From: an uncultured Acidobacteriota bacterium
GTDB lineage: Bacteria; Acidobacteriota; Thermoanaerobaculia; UBA5066; Gp7-AA6
NCBI GenBank assembly: GCA_963773905.1
Contig: CAVZDB010000008.1
Location: 147,869 to 211,868 of the forward strand
Direction: 5' to 3'
Length of the DNA: 64,000 nucleotides
A model generated the notes under the pieces. That model was given only the letters and a program-made list of their open reading frames with translations, ran no database searches and was not told where the DNA came from. Below, one piece after another: positions 8,430-17,940 of the stretch. The first letter of the stretch is position 1. Each line of letters begins with the position of its first letter. The position numbers and the translations under genes are program-made.

Positions 8430-9197
8430 CTATTCTTCTTTCTTGGCCTCCTCCCAGTATCGGTCCAGCTCCGCCATCTCGACATCCCCCACGTCTCTTC
8501 CACTCTCCTTCGCGCGGCGGGCGACCTCGGCGAAGCGGCGGCGAAAGCGCGCGTTGGCCTTGCGCAGTGCGGACTCGGGATCGATCTTGCGCCGCCGCGC
8601 GAGGTTGACGACCGAGAGGAGAAGGTCGCCGATCTCGTGCTCCTCGGCCGCGTGGTCTCCCGCCTCGCTCGACTCCCGCCACTCCGAGAGCTCCTCCTGG
8701 ATCTTGTCGACGACGTCGGCGTCCCGCTCCCAGTCGAAGCCGAGGTCGCCGGCGCGCAGGGTCTGGCGGTAGGCCGTCGAGAGCGCGGGGAGCGCGGCCG
8801 GAAGAGTGCCGAGCGGATCCTCGGACGCGCCGGGCTGCCGCCTCTTGCGGCGCTCCCACGCGTTCTTGACCTCCAGCGCGCTCCGGGCGGCGGGGGAGCC
8901 GCCGAAGACGTGAGGATGGCGGTCGACCATCTTCTCGGTGATCTGGCGGGCGACGTCGTCGATTCCGAACCATCCCTTCTCGGTCGCCAGGCGAGCGAGC
9001 AGGAGGATCTGGAAGAGCAGGTCCCCGAGCTCGTCGCGCAGCGCGTCCGGGGAGCCCGCGTCCAGCGCCGCCAGCACCTCGTAGGTCTCCTCGAGCAGGT
9101 AGGTTCGCAGCGTCTCGAGGGATTGCTCGCGGTCCCAGGGGCAGTCGCGGCGGAGCCTCTCGACGAGTGCGTCGAGACGATCGAAGGCCTCGGACAT
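8430..9197 (-). CDS. mazG: nucleoside triphosphate pyrophosphohydrolase MazG
   Basis: Track ORF 8430..9251. I prefer the ATG at 9197 (MSEAFDRLDALVERLRRDCPWDREQSLETLRTYLLEETYEVLAALD), because the upstream extension runs into the repeat. There are two MazG-type EExxE/D regions (LLEETYEV; EIGDLLLSVVNLARR). Confidence 0.85.
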   Translation of the reverse strand: MSEAFDRLDALVERLRRDCPWDREQSLETLRTYLLEETYEVLAALDAGSPDALRDELGDLLFQILLLARLATEKGWFGIDDVARQITEKMVDRHPHVFGGSPAARSALEVKNAWERRKRRQPGASEDPLGTLPAALPALSTAYRQTLRAGDLGFDWERDADVVDKIQEELSEWRESSEAGDHAAEEHEIGDLLLSVVNLARRRKIDPESALRKANARFRRRFAEVARRAKESGRDVGDVEMAELDRYWEEAKKEE

Positions 9198-9208
9198 GTC
9201 GAGGAAGC

Positions 9209-9291
9209 TATCAGCTTTCCGCTCACGGCTTTCAGCGGTGACCCCTGACACAGCCGGCTGGCGGTGAGCTGTAAGCTGTGAGCGAACAGCT
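9209..9291. repeat. heptamer-periodic palindromic element (..CAGC / GCTG.. words), copy 1
   Basis: The left arm is tatcagc|tttccgc|tcacggc|tttcagc. The right arm is gctgtaa|gctgtga|gcgaaca|gct. It lies in the divergent mazG / DUF1844 intergenic gap. Related copy at 29382-29471. Confidence 0.75.
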
Positions 9292-9309
9292 CCTCATGGC
9301 TGGTAAAAT

Positions 9310-9777
9310 TTGGGATCCGTGACCGAAGAAGACAAGCCGATCCGGGTCGTCGACCGCCGGATGTTCACCTCCGAGGGAGACCTGCGCCCCGACTACGAAG
9401 CCGAGGAGAAGGAGGAGCCTCCGAAGCCGGCGCCGCCCCCTCCTCCGCCGGCGGACGCTCCAGCCTCCGGGAAGAAGCCCGCACCCGAACCGGCGCCGGC
9501 CACCGCCGAGGCCGGAGAGGGCGGGTTCCTCGAGATCCTGCGCTCGCTCGGGACCACGGCGTACGCGGCCCTGGGTCTCGTTCCCGATCCCACCGGCGCG
9601 CGCCGCCGGGACCCCGCGGTCGCGCGGCAGATGATCGACTGGCTCGGCGTTCTCGAGCAGAAGACGCGCGGCAACCTGAGCTTCGAGGAGTCCGATCTGC
9701 TCGCCCGCATCCTCTTCGAGCTGCGGACGGCCTACGTCGAGGTGATGCGGCCCCCGGCCGGCGAGCCGAAGCGCTGA
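9310..9777 (+). CDS. DUF1844 domain-containing protein
   Basis: Track ORF of 155 aa. It has a Pro/Ala/Glu-rich linker followed by GFLEILRSLGTTAYAALGLVPDPTG...MIDWLGVLEQKTRGNLSFEESDLLARILFELRTAYV, which matches my memory of DUF1844. Confidence 0.7.
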   Translation: MGSVTEEDKPIRVVDRRMFTSEGDLRPDYEAEEKEEPPKPAPPPPPPADAPASGKKPAPEPAPATAEAGEGGFLEILRSLGTTAYAALGLVPDPTGARRRDPAVARQMIDWLGVLEQKTRGNLSFEESDLLARILFELRTAYVEVMRPPAGEPKR

Positions 9778-9796
9778 CCGGTTTGCGGAGACCAGA

Positions 9797-11716
9797 GTGG
9801 ACGCGGCCGTGATCCGAGTCCGTCGCCTCAGGCGCGCGGCGGCCGTCGTCCTCGTCGGGTGCGCGCTGCTCTTCGTCCTGGCCCCGGCGGCCACGGCCCG
9901 TGCCCAGGAGGCCGTCTCGCCGCTGCCGCCTCCGCAGACGCGCAGCCTCTACCGCTCGAACTGGTTCGAGTACCTCTCGGCCTTCTCCGAGAACGACATG
10001 CCGACCGCGGCGAAGGCGCTCGAGCAGATGATCAAGGCCGCGCGCCGCGTCGGCGTGCACCGGCTGTCCGACTTCTCGCGCACCGCGGTCTATCTCGGCC
10101 GGCGCGCGGAGAAGCAGGGATCACCCGAGCGCGCCGAGAAGGCATACGACGCGGCAATGCAGCTCGACGACGCCAACCCCGATGCGGCCCTGGCGATGAT
10201 GGCGTTCCTGACCCGCCACGGCCGCGTGACGGACGCGCTGAAGGCGTTGCCCCAGGCGTCGGCCGCGCTGTTCGCGACCCACGAGTCGCGCGTCGCGATG
10301 CTTTCCCTGTTCGGACTGTTCGCCGCCGCGGCCTGGGCCGCGGCGCTCCTCGCAGCCATCCTCGTGCTGTCGCTGGCGCACCTGCCCCGGGCCGTGCACG
10401 ACATCCGCGAGAGCGCCCTCCGGCAGTTCGGCCGCAGCGCGGCTCTCCCGCTCGCGCTTCTGATCCTCGCCCTGCCCCTCTTCGTGGGCCTCGGCCCCGT
10501 GTGGCTCATCCTCTACTGGGGCGCGCTGCTCTACCCGTACGCGCGCCCCCGCGAGCGCCGGGTGCTCGCGGTCGGCCTGCTCGGGCTCGCGCTCGTGCCG
10601 CCGCTGACGGCTTTCTTGACGCAGCTCAACATCCAGGAGCGTTCCCCGCTGATGGTCGCGGCGGTGGACCTCGCGGAGCGCCGCGAGGACGCGAGCGCGG
10701 AGGACGGGCTCCGACAGGCCTCCGCGGTCTTCCCGGAGGACGCCGACGTCTGGTTCCTGCTGGGCGTCTTCGCCGAGCGGTCGGGCGACCTCGAGAAGGC
10801 GCGCACCGCGTACAACAGGGCCTCGGACGCCGACCCGGGCGACTATCGGCCCATCCTGAATCGCGGCAACGTCCATTTCACCGAAGGCGACTTCGGGGAG
10901 GCCGTCCGCGACTACATCGAGGCCTCGAAGCGGGCGCCGCGCTCCGCCGACGTCTTCTACAACCTGTCGCTGGCGCGCGGCGAGGCCTACGACTTCCAGG
11001 GCCAGTCCGACGCGATCGCCACCGCGCGGGAGATCTCCGCGTCGCAGGTCGCCGGCTGGACGAACAACCCGACGGTCTCGCGCGTGGTGCCGGCCGGCTA
11101 TTCCATCGCGCGCGCACGGGAGCACATCGAGCGCTGGAACGCGCAGCCCAAGAGCCGGCGTCTTCCCGGGCACGGGACCGCGGCCCGGCCGCTCCACGCG
11201 ATGATTCCCTGGTCGCTGCCGCCCGTCGGGTTCTTGCTGCTCGGCGCTCTCCTCTCGTCGCGCCGCGCCCGGCGCGGGCTCGCCACCGAGTGCGACCGCT
11301 GCGGCCGGGTGGTCTGCAATCGCTGCCGGCGCTACGGCGATCCCGCCCAGTATTGCGCGATGTGCTCGCAGATCTATCTGCGCAAGGAGAACGTCGACAT
11401 CGAGATCCAGGTGGCGGAGACGCGCGCCGCGCAGCGCCGCGCGAAGTGGCGCCAGCGCGCCGGGCGGATCGCCTCGCTCTTGTTCCCGGGCTCCCGCGCC
11501 ATCTTCGAGGAGCGCGCCGTCGCCGGCGTGATCACCCTGTTCGTGTTCTTCTTCGCGCTGGCGGCCGCGATCCTGGACGAATCGCTCTTCGATCCGATGA
11601 CGCTCCCGCCCACCGGCGGGATCCGCGCGACGGTCGTGGCGGGCGCCGCGGTCGCCTTCCTCGTATGGCTGCGCGCCCAGCTCGCGCCGAGAAGGGTGGT
11701 GCTCGGTGGGTCTTGA
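9797..11716 (+). CDS. TPR-repeat membrane protein with an internal Cys-rich zinc-ribbon-like motif
   Basis: Track ORF of 639 aa. It has several hydrophobic helices (LFGLFAAAAWAAALLAAILVL, LALLILALPLFVGLGPVWLILYW) and TPR-like segments (WFLLGVFAERSGDLEKARTAYNRASDADPGDY, GNVHFTEGDFGEAVRDYIEASK). Cys motif: CDRCGRVVCNRCRRYGDPAQYCAMC. It overlaps the next gene by 11 nt. Confidence 0.7.
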   Translation: MDAAVIRVRRLRRAAAVVLVGCALLFVLAPAATARAQEAVSPLPPPQTRSLYRSNWFEYLSAFSENDMPTAAKALEQMIKAARRVGVHRLSDFSRTAVYLGRRAEKQGSPERAEKAYDAAMQLDDANPDAALAMMAFLTRHGRVTDALKALPQASAALFATHESRVAMLSLFGLFAAAAWAAALLAAILVLSLAHLPRAVHDIRESALRQFGRSAALPLALLILALPLFVGLGPVWLILYWGALLYPYARPRERRVLAVGLLGLALVPPLTAFLTQLNIQERSPLMVAAVDLAERREDASAEDGLRQASAVFPEDADVWFLLGVFAERSGDLEKARTAYNRASDADPGDYRPILNRGNVHFTEGDFGEAVRDYIEASKRAPRSADVFYNLSLARGEAYDFQGQSDAIATAREISASQVAGWTNNPTVSRVVPAGYSIARAREHIERWNAQPKSRRLPGHGTAARPLHAMIPWSLPPVGFLLLGALLSSRRARRGLATECDRCGRVVCNRCRRYGDPAQYCAMCSQIYLRKENVDIEIQVAETRAAQRRAKWRQRAGRIASLLFPGSRAIFEERAVAGVITLFVFFFALAAAILDESLFDPMTLPPTGGIRATVVAGAAVAFLVWLRAQLAPRRVVLGGS

Positions 11717-12971
11717 AGGAACGCTGAAGGTCTTCTCGCTGACCGACATCTTTCAGATGCTCGGCCTGCAGCGGAAGACCGGCGTCCTCATCGTCGAGGG
11801 CGAGGACGACACCGTCACGATTTCGTTCCTCGGCGGGCAGGTCGTCGCGGCCGAGTCCGCGGTGCGCCGCCTCGAGAACCGCCTGGGCAATCTGCTGCTG
11901 CGCGCGGGCTACGTCTCCCAGGAGCAGCTCGACCACGTGATCGCCATCCAGAAGGAGACGCAGCAGCGGATGGGCTTCCTGCTGGTGCGCGAGCGCCTCG
12001 TCGACCCGCAGGAGCTGCGCGAGGCGCTGCGGCTGCAGATCGCCCGGATCGTCTACAGCGCGTTTCGCTGGCCCGACGGGCGCTTCCGCTTCAGCCAGGA
12101 GGGCATGGTCGACTACGACGCGGACCACATGGCGCCGGTGTCCACCGACACGATCCTCATGGAGGCGGCGCAGATGGTGGACGAGTGGCCGCTCTTCGAG
12201 AAGAAGGTCGGCTCTCTCACCTCCGTCTATCGCCGTGCGCCGGGCGTCGAGAAGCTCAAGCTCGTCGCGAACGAGAAGAACCCTCCCGAGGGAACGCTCT
12301 CGGTGACCCGGTCCGAGGCCGAGACCTGGAGATGGATCGACGGGAAGCGCAGCGTGGGCGACATCATGGAGCGCGCCTTCCTCTCGGACTTCGAGGTGCT
12401 CAAGGGAACCGCGGACCTCCTGGGCCGCCACCTGATCGAGCCCGGGAAGGTCGAGGAGGCCGCGCCCGTGGCCGCGCCGCCGCCGGCCGTCGCCCCGCCG
12501 AGAGGAATCTCCTTGACGGCGATCGGGCTCTGGGCGCTGCTCGCCGTGCTCACCTTCCTGTCGATCCGCTGGATCCCGCGCAACCCGGCGAATCTCTTTC
12601 TGCGGCCCGTGGCGGATCAGAGCCTGGCGGCGGACTTCTTCAAGGCGGTGTCGCTCAACCGCGCCGTATCGATCGAGCGCGCGGTGCGCATCTACTACGA
12701 CTCGAGCGGCCGCTATCCCAAGAACCTCGAGGACCTCGTCGTCGCCGGCATCCTGCACGAGGACGCGCTGCGCGATCCGTACGAGCGCTTCTATCGCTAC
12801 ATCCTCAGGGCGGAGGATGGGAAGTTCGGTCTCTACGGCCACAACGCCGCCGGACAGATCGACCTCGACCTCTCACTCGAGCGCAGCCTGGCTCCGGTTT
12901 CGGAGCTTCGCCCGGCGCCCTCACGGCCGATTCCAAAGGATAGCCGTCCGGGCGTCCTGGTCGTCGAATAA
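11706..12971 (+). CDS. DUF4388 (PATAN-like) domain protein with TM segment and GspG-like C-terminal domain
   Basis: Track ORF of 421 aa. DUF4388 motif: LEGTLKVFSLTDIFQMLGLQRKTGVLIVEG. A T2SS-E N-terminal-like repeat: LGNLLLRAGYVSQEQLDHVIAIQKETQQRMGFLLVRERLV. TM segment: ISLTAIGLWALLAVLTFLSI. The C-terminus IERAVRIYYDSSGRYPKNLEDLVVAGIL...DPYERFYRY...GKFGLYG resembles pseudopilin GspG. Confidence 0.7.
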   Translation: MGLEGTLKVFSLTDIFQMLGLQRKTGVLIVEGEDDTVTISFLGGQVVAAESAVRRLENRLGNLLLRAGYVSQEQLDHVIAIQKETQQRMGFLLVRERLVDPQELREALRLQIARIVYSAFRWPDGRFRFSQEGMVDYDADHMAPVSTDTILMEAAQMVDEWPLFEKKVGSLTSVYRRAPGVEKLKLVANEKNPPEGTLSVTRSEAETWRWIDGKRSVGDIMERAFLSDFEVLKGTADLLGRHLIEPGKVEEAAPVAAPPPAVAPPRGISLTAIGLWALLAVLTFLSIRWIPRNPANLFLRPVADQSLAADFFKAVSLNRAVSIERAVRIYYDSSGRYPKNLEDLVVAGILHEDALRDPYERFYRYILRAEDGKFGLYGHNAAGQIDLDLSLERSLAPVSELRPAPSRPIPKDSRPGVLVVE

Positions 12972-13034
12972 CAGCTAATAGGTCGGATAAGTCACTGAGG
13001 CAAAGCCGTTTATTACATGAGTCAACAAGGCTAA

Positions 13035-15060
<2,026 letters not shown>

Positions 15061-15065
<5 letters not shown>

Positions 15066-15095
15066 TCGCTGTCCGCTGACAGTTGTCCGCTGGTC
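15061..15095. repeat. five tandem GCTGNNN heptamers
   Basis: gctgatc|gctgtcc|gctgaca|gttgtcc|gctggtc, starting in the dnaK stop codon. The core word matches the right arms of the 9209 and 29382 elements. Confidence 0.7.
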
Positions 15096-15160
15096 CTTGG
15101 ACCGGTCCAGAGTTCGTCGTTGGAAGGACGGCTCTGGACCGGTACACTGATGTGAAGCCC

Positions 15161-15613
15161 ATGACGGTCTTTCGCTGGAACTCGCTGCAGGATCTCTTCG
15201 CCATCCAGGAGAAGGTCAACCGGCTCTTCGAGGAGACCATCCACCGCACCGAGTTCCCCGACGAGGGGCTCGACACCGCCCTCTGGTCCCCGGCCGCCGA
15301 CGTCTACGAGACCCCCGAGGAGATCATCCTCAACATCGAGCTTCCCGGGGTCCAGCTGGACGACGTCCGGCTGGAAGCGCTCGACGGGAAGCTCCGGGTC
15401 TCCGGCCACCGGCGCGCCGACGGGGGCGCGGAGCCGCGTCACTTCATGCGGATGGAGCGAATCTACGGCAGCTTTTCGCGGGAGTTCCCCGTGCCGGCGT
15501 CCCTCGATCCGACACGGATCAAGGCGACGCTCCGGGCCGGGGTCCTGCGGGTTCTCGCCCCCAAGGCGGACAAGGGCCAGCCGATTCCGGTCGAGCCGCG
15601 GAAGGTGCGATGA
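15161..15613 (+). CDS. Hsp20/alpha-crystallin family small heat-shock protein
   Basis: Track ORF 15083..15613. The likely start is ATG 15161 ([25 protein letters not shown]) or GTG 15152. Alpha-crystallin core: [21 protein letters not shown]...LRVSG...FSREFPVP...[16 protein letters not shown]. Confidence 0.85.
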   Translation: MTVFRWNSLQDLFAIQEKVNRLFEETIHRTEFPDEGLDTALWSPAADVYETPEEIILNIELPGVQLDDVRLEALDGKLRVSGHRRADGGAEPRHFMRMERIYGSFSREFPVPASLDPTRIKATLRAGVLRVLAPKADKGQPIPVEPRKVR

Positions 15614-16020
15614 AGCCCCGAGACAAGGATCGCCGGGATCGCTCCGGCGGCGTCTTCCGGATCGGCGCCATCGCCGAGCGCTACGGGATCCATCCCCAGA
15701 CCCTGCGCATGTACGAGCGGGAGGGGCTGCTGCGGCCGGCGCGGACCGAGGGCAACACGCGGCTCTACGACAACGACACGATCGAGCGCCTCGAGATCAT
15801 CCTGACCCTGACGCGGCACCTCGGGGTGAACCTCGCGGGGGTCGAGGTCATCCTCCACATGAAGCAGCGCCTGGAGACCATGCAGGGCGACGTGCAGAAG
15901 ATGCTGCAGGCCCTCCGCGACGAGGCCGAGGCGCGCCGCGGCGGCGACCCGAGCCGCTCCTTGGCCCTCGCCCGCATTCCGGGACGCCCCTACGCCCTGG
16001 TCAAGTCCGAGCGCTCCTGA
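15610..16020 (+). CDS. hspR: MerR-family heat-shock transcriptional regulator (HspR-like)
   Basis: Track ORF of 136 aa. Helix-turn-helix: FRIGAIAERYGIHPQTLRMYEREGLLRPARTEGNTRLYDNDTIERLEIILTLTRHLGVNLAGVEVIL. There is an ATGA overlap with hsp20, and the gene sits directly downstream of dnaK. Confidence 0.8.
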   Translation: MKPRDKDRRDRSGGVFRIGAIAERYGIHPQTLRMYEREGLLRPARTEGNTRLYDNDTIERLEIILTLTRHLGVNLAGVEVILHMKQRLETMQGDVQKMLQALRDEAEARRGGDPSRSLALARIPGRPYALVKSERS

Positions 16021-16107
16021 AAACCCCCTGAAGGTTTGGCCGCACTGGTCTTGCGTGCGGGCCCCCACGTATAGAATCCGTCCTTCGATGAGTTCGAGGG
16101 AGGTTCT

Positions 16108-17814
16108 GTGAAAAAGCTCGCATTGATCGTGGTCGGGCTAGCGCTTTCCGCGTGCGCCCTGGCCGAGCTCAACAAGTACAAGGACTGGGACAAGTCGCCC
16201 GAGGCCTACTTCCTGACCCCGCCCGAGCGGGCGGAGTGGAAGAACGTGGCCACGGACGAGGACGCCGAGAAATTCATCGCGCTCTACTGGGCGAAGCGGG
16301 ATCCCAGCCCGGGAACTCCCCAGAACGAGTTCCGGGACGAGGTGGGGCGCAAGATCGCGGCCGCGGACCAGCAGTTCAAGATGTCGCGCTACAAGCGGGG
16401 CGCCGATTCCGTGCGCGGCCGGCTCCTCATCGTGCTCGGAACCCCGAGCCGCGCGGCGCAGCAGCCGCTCGGACCCACCGACGCTCCGGCGCCCCAGGCG
16501 GAGGGCGGGTTCCAGCCGGGACCCGCGGGTACCGACACGGGCGCTGCCGACGAGGGGCAGACGATCTCCCTCTGGACCTACGACAAGGACAAGCTCGCGC
16601 CTTTCGGGCTCTCGACGCTCCAGGCGCGCGTCGTCGTCGATCAGCGGCGGGGCATGGACTCCATCCAGAACAGCGGCGAGGTCGAGAAGGCGATCGCCGC
16701 CGTCGCCCAGAAGTCGATCGTGAATCCCAACGCGACCCCGACCGCCGCTGCGTCGGCCCCGCCCACCGGTGCGCCTGCGGCGGGTGCCGGCGGCGCCAAG
16801 CCGCCCGCCGGTGCCCCGGCGGCTCCCGCTCCGGCTTCGCCCGGCGGCGCAGCCGCGTCCGCCGCGCCGCCTTCCGCTCCGGTCGCCGCGCTGCCCGCGG
16901 CCGCGAAGTCCGCGCTCGCCGCGGTCGACGCCAAGGCCGCGTCGGACGCGTTCTTCTGGTCGGGTCTCTTCCGCACCGCCACGGGCGACTCGTTTCTGGC
17001 GCTGCAGTTCTACCTTCCCGCGGACAAGCCCGCCCTCGCGACGCCGGCGCTCCACTTCGGAGGAGTCGTCACCAACGAAGCCGGCCAGGAGGTCGCCTCG
17101 TACTGGGAGGAGGCGACGTTCGCCGAGGTCGCGGAGGGAACACGAAAGGACCGCGTGGTCGACAAGTCGATCACGCTTCCACCCGGAAAGTACAAGGGCT
17201 CGTTCGGCCTGTTCGCCTCCGAGTCCCAACCGCCCGTCGCGGCCTCGACCGCCTCGTTCGAGCTTCCGGAGAAGAGCACCCAGTTCGAGGTCTCGCCGCT
17301 TCTGCTGTCGAACGGGATCATTCCGCTGACCAAGCGTCCCGGCCCCGCGGACCCCTTCGTGTTCGGCTCGGACAAGCCGATGAAGGTCGAGCCCAAGGGC
17401 GACCGCCACTTCTCCAAGGGCGACAGCCTCTGGTACTTCTACGCCGTCGCGAATCCCGGCCTGCCGGCTCCGACCGGCGACGCCGCAGCGGCCAAGCCGC
17501 GGATCATGACGCGGATCAACGTCCAGCTCGAGGGGAAGGATGCGTTCGCGCCGTTCACCGGCCCTGCGGACCTGCAGGAGGTCGCGCCGGGCTACTACGT
17601 GACGGGCAGCGAGATCCCGCTCGCGTCGTTCGAGCCGGGCTACTACTCGTTCCTGGTGAGGGTCCGGGACCTGAACGCGGCGGCCGGGTCGCCGGCGAAC
17701 AAGGGAATCGACCGGCAGCAGGACTTCGTGGTGCTCATGCCGGACGGGAGCATGCCGGCGAAGAAGGCCGCGGCGCCGGCTCCCGCGCCGGCTCCAAAGA
17801 GGAAGCCCGGCTAG
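16108..17814 (+). CDS. GWxTD-like domain secreted protein with Ala/Pro-rich linker
   Basis: Track ORF of 568 aa with a GTG start preceded by GAGGGAGG, and a signal peptide MKKLALIVVGLALSACALA. The segment FLTPPERAEWKNVATDEDAEKFIALYWAKRDPSPGTPQNEFRDEVGRKIAAADQQF...GADSVRGRLLIVLGTP follows the GWxTD-family pattern as I remember it; the motif itself is degenerate (GADSVRG). Confidence 0.6.
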   Translation: MKKLALIVVGLALSACALAELNKYKDWDKSPEAYFLTPPERAEWKNVATDEDAEKFIALYWAKRDPSPGTPQNEFRDEVGRKIAAADQQFKMSRYKRGADSVRGRLLIVLGTPSRAAQQPLGPTDAPAPQAEGGFQPGPAGTDTGAADEGQTISLWTYDKDKLAPFGLSTLQARVVVDQRRGMDSIQNSGEVEKAIAAVAQKSIVNPNATPTAAASAPPTGAPAAGAGGAKPPAGAPAAPAPASPGGAAASAAPPSAPVAALPAAAKSALAAVDAKAASDAFFWSGLFRTATGDSFLALQFYLPADKPALATPALHFGGVVTNEAGQEVASYWEEATFAEVAEGTRKDRVVDKSITLPPGKYKGSFGLFASESQPPVAASTASFELPEKSTQFEVSPLLLSNGIIPLTKRPGPADPFVFGSDKPMKVEPKGDRHFSKGDSLWYFYAVANPGLPAPTGDAAAAKPRIMTRINVQLEGKDAFAPFTGPADLQEVAPGYYVTGSEIPLASFEPGYYSFLVRVRDLNAAAGSPANKGIDRQQDFVVLMPDGSMPAKKAAAPAPAPAPKRKPG

Positions 17815-17832
17815 TCGTTACGCCGTCACTCC

Positions 17833-17924
17833 GTCATCCCGAGCGAAGCGAGGGATCCCGAAATCGACTCGCCCAGTCGGCAATCGAGCACGGGATCCTT
17901 CGTCGCTGCGCTCCTCAGGATGAC
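17833..17924. repeat. REP-like inverted pair of GTCATCCCGAG...GGGATCCC units, copy 2
   Basis: gtcatcccgagcgaagcgagggatcccg (17833-17860) and its inverted copy cgggatccttcgtcgctgcgctcctcaggatgac (17891-17924). It lies between two convergent genes. Confidence 0.85.
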
Positions 17925-17940
17925 GCGCGCGGAGCGCGCA

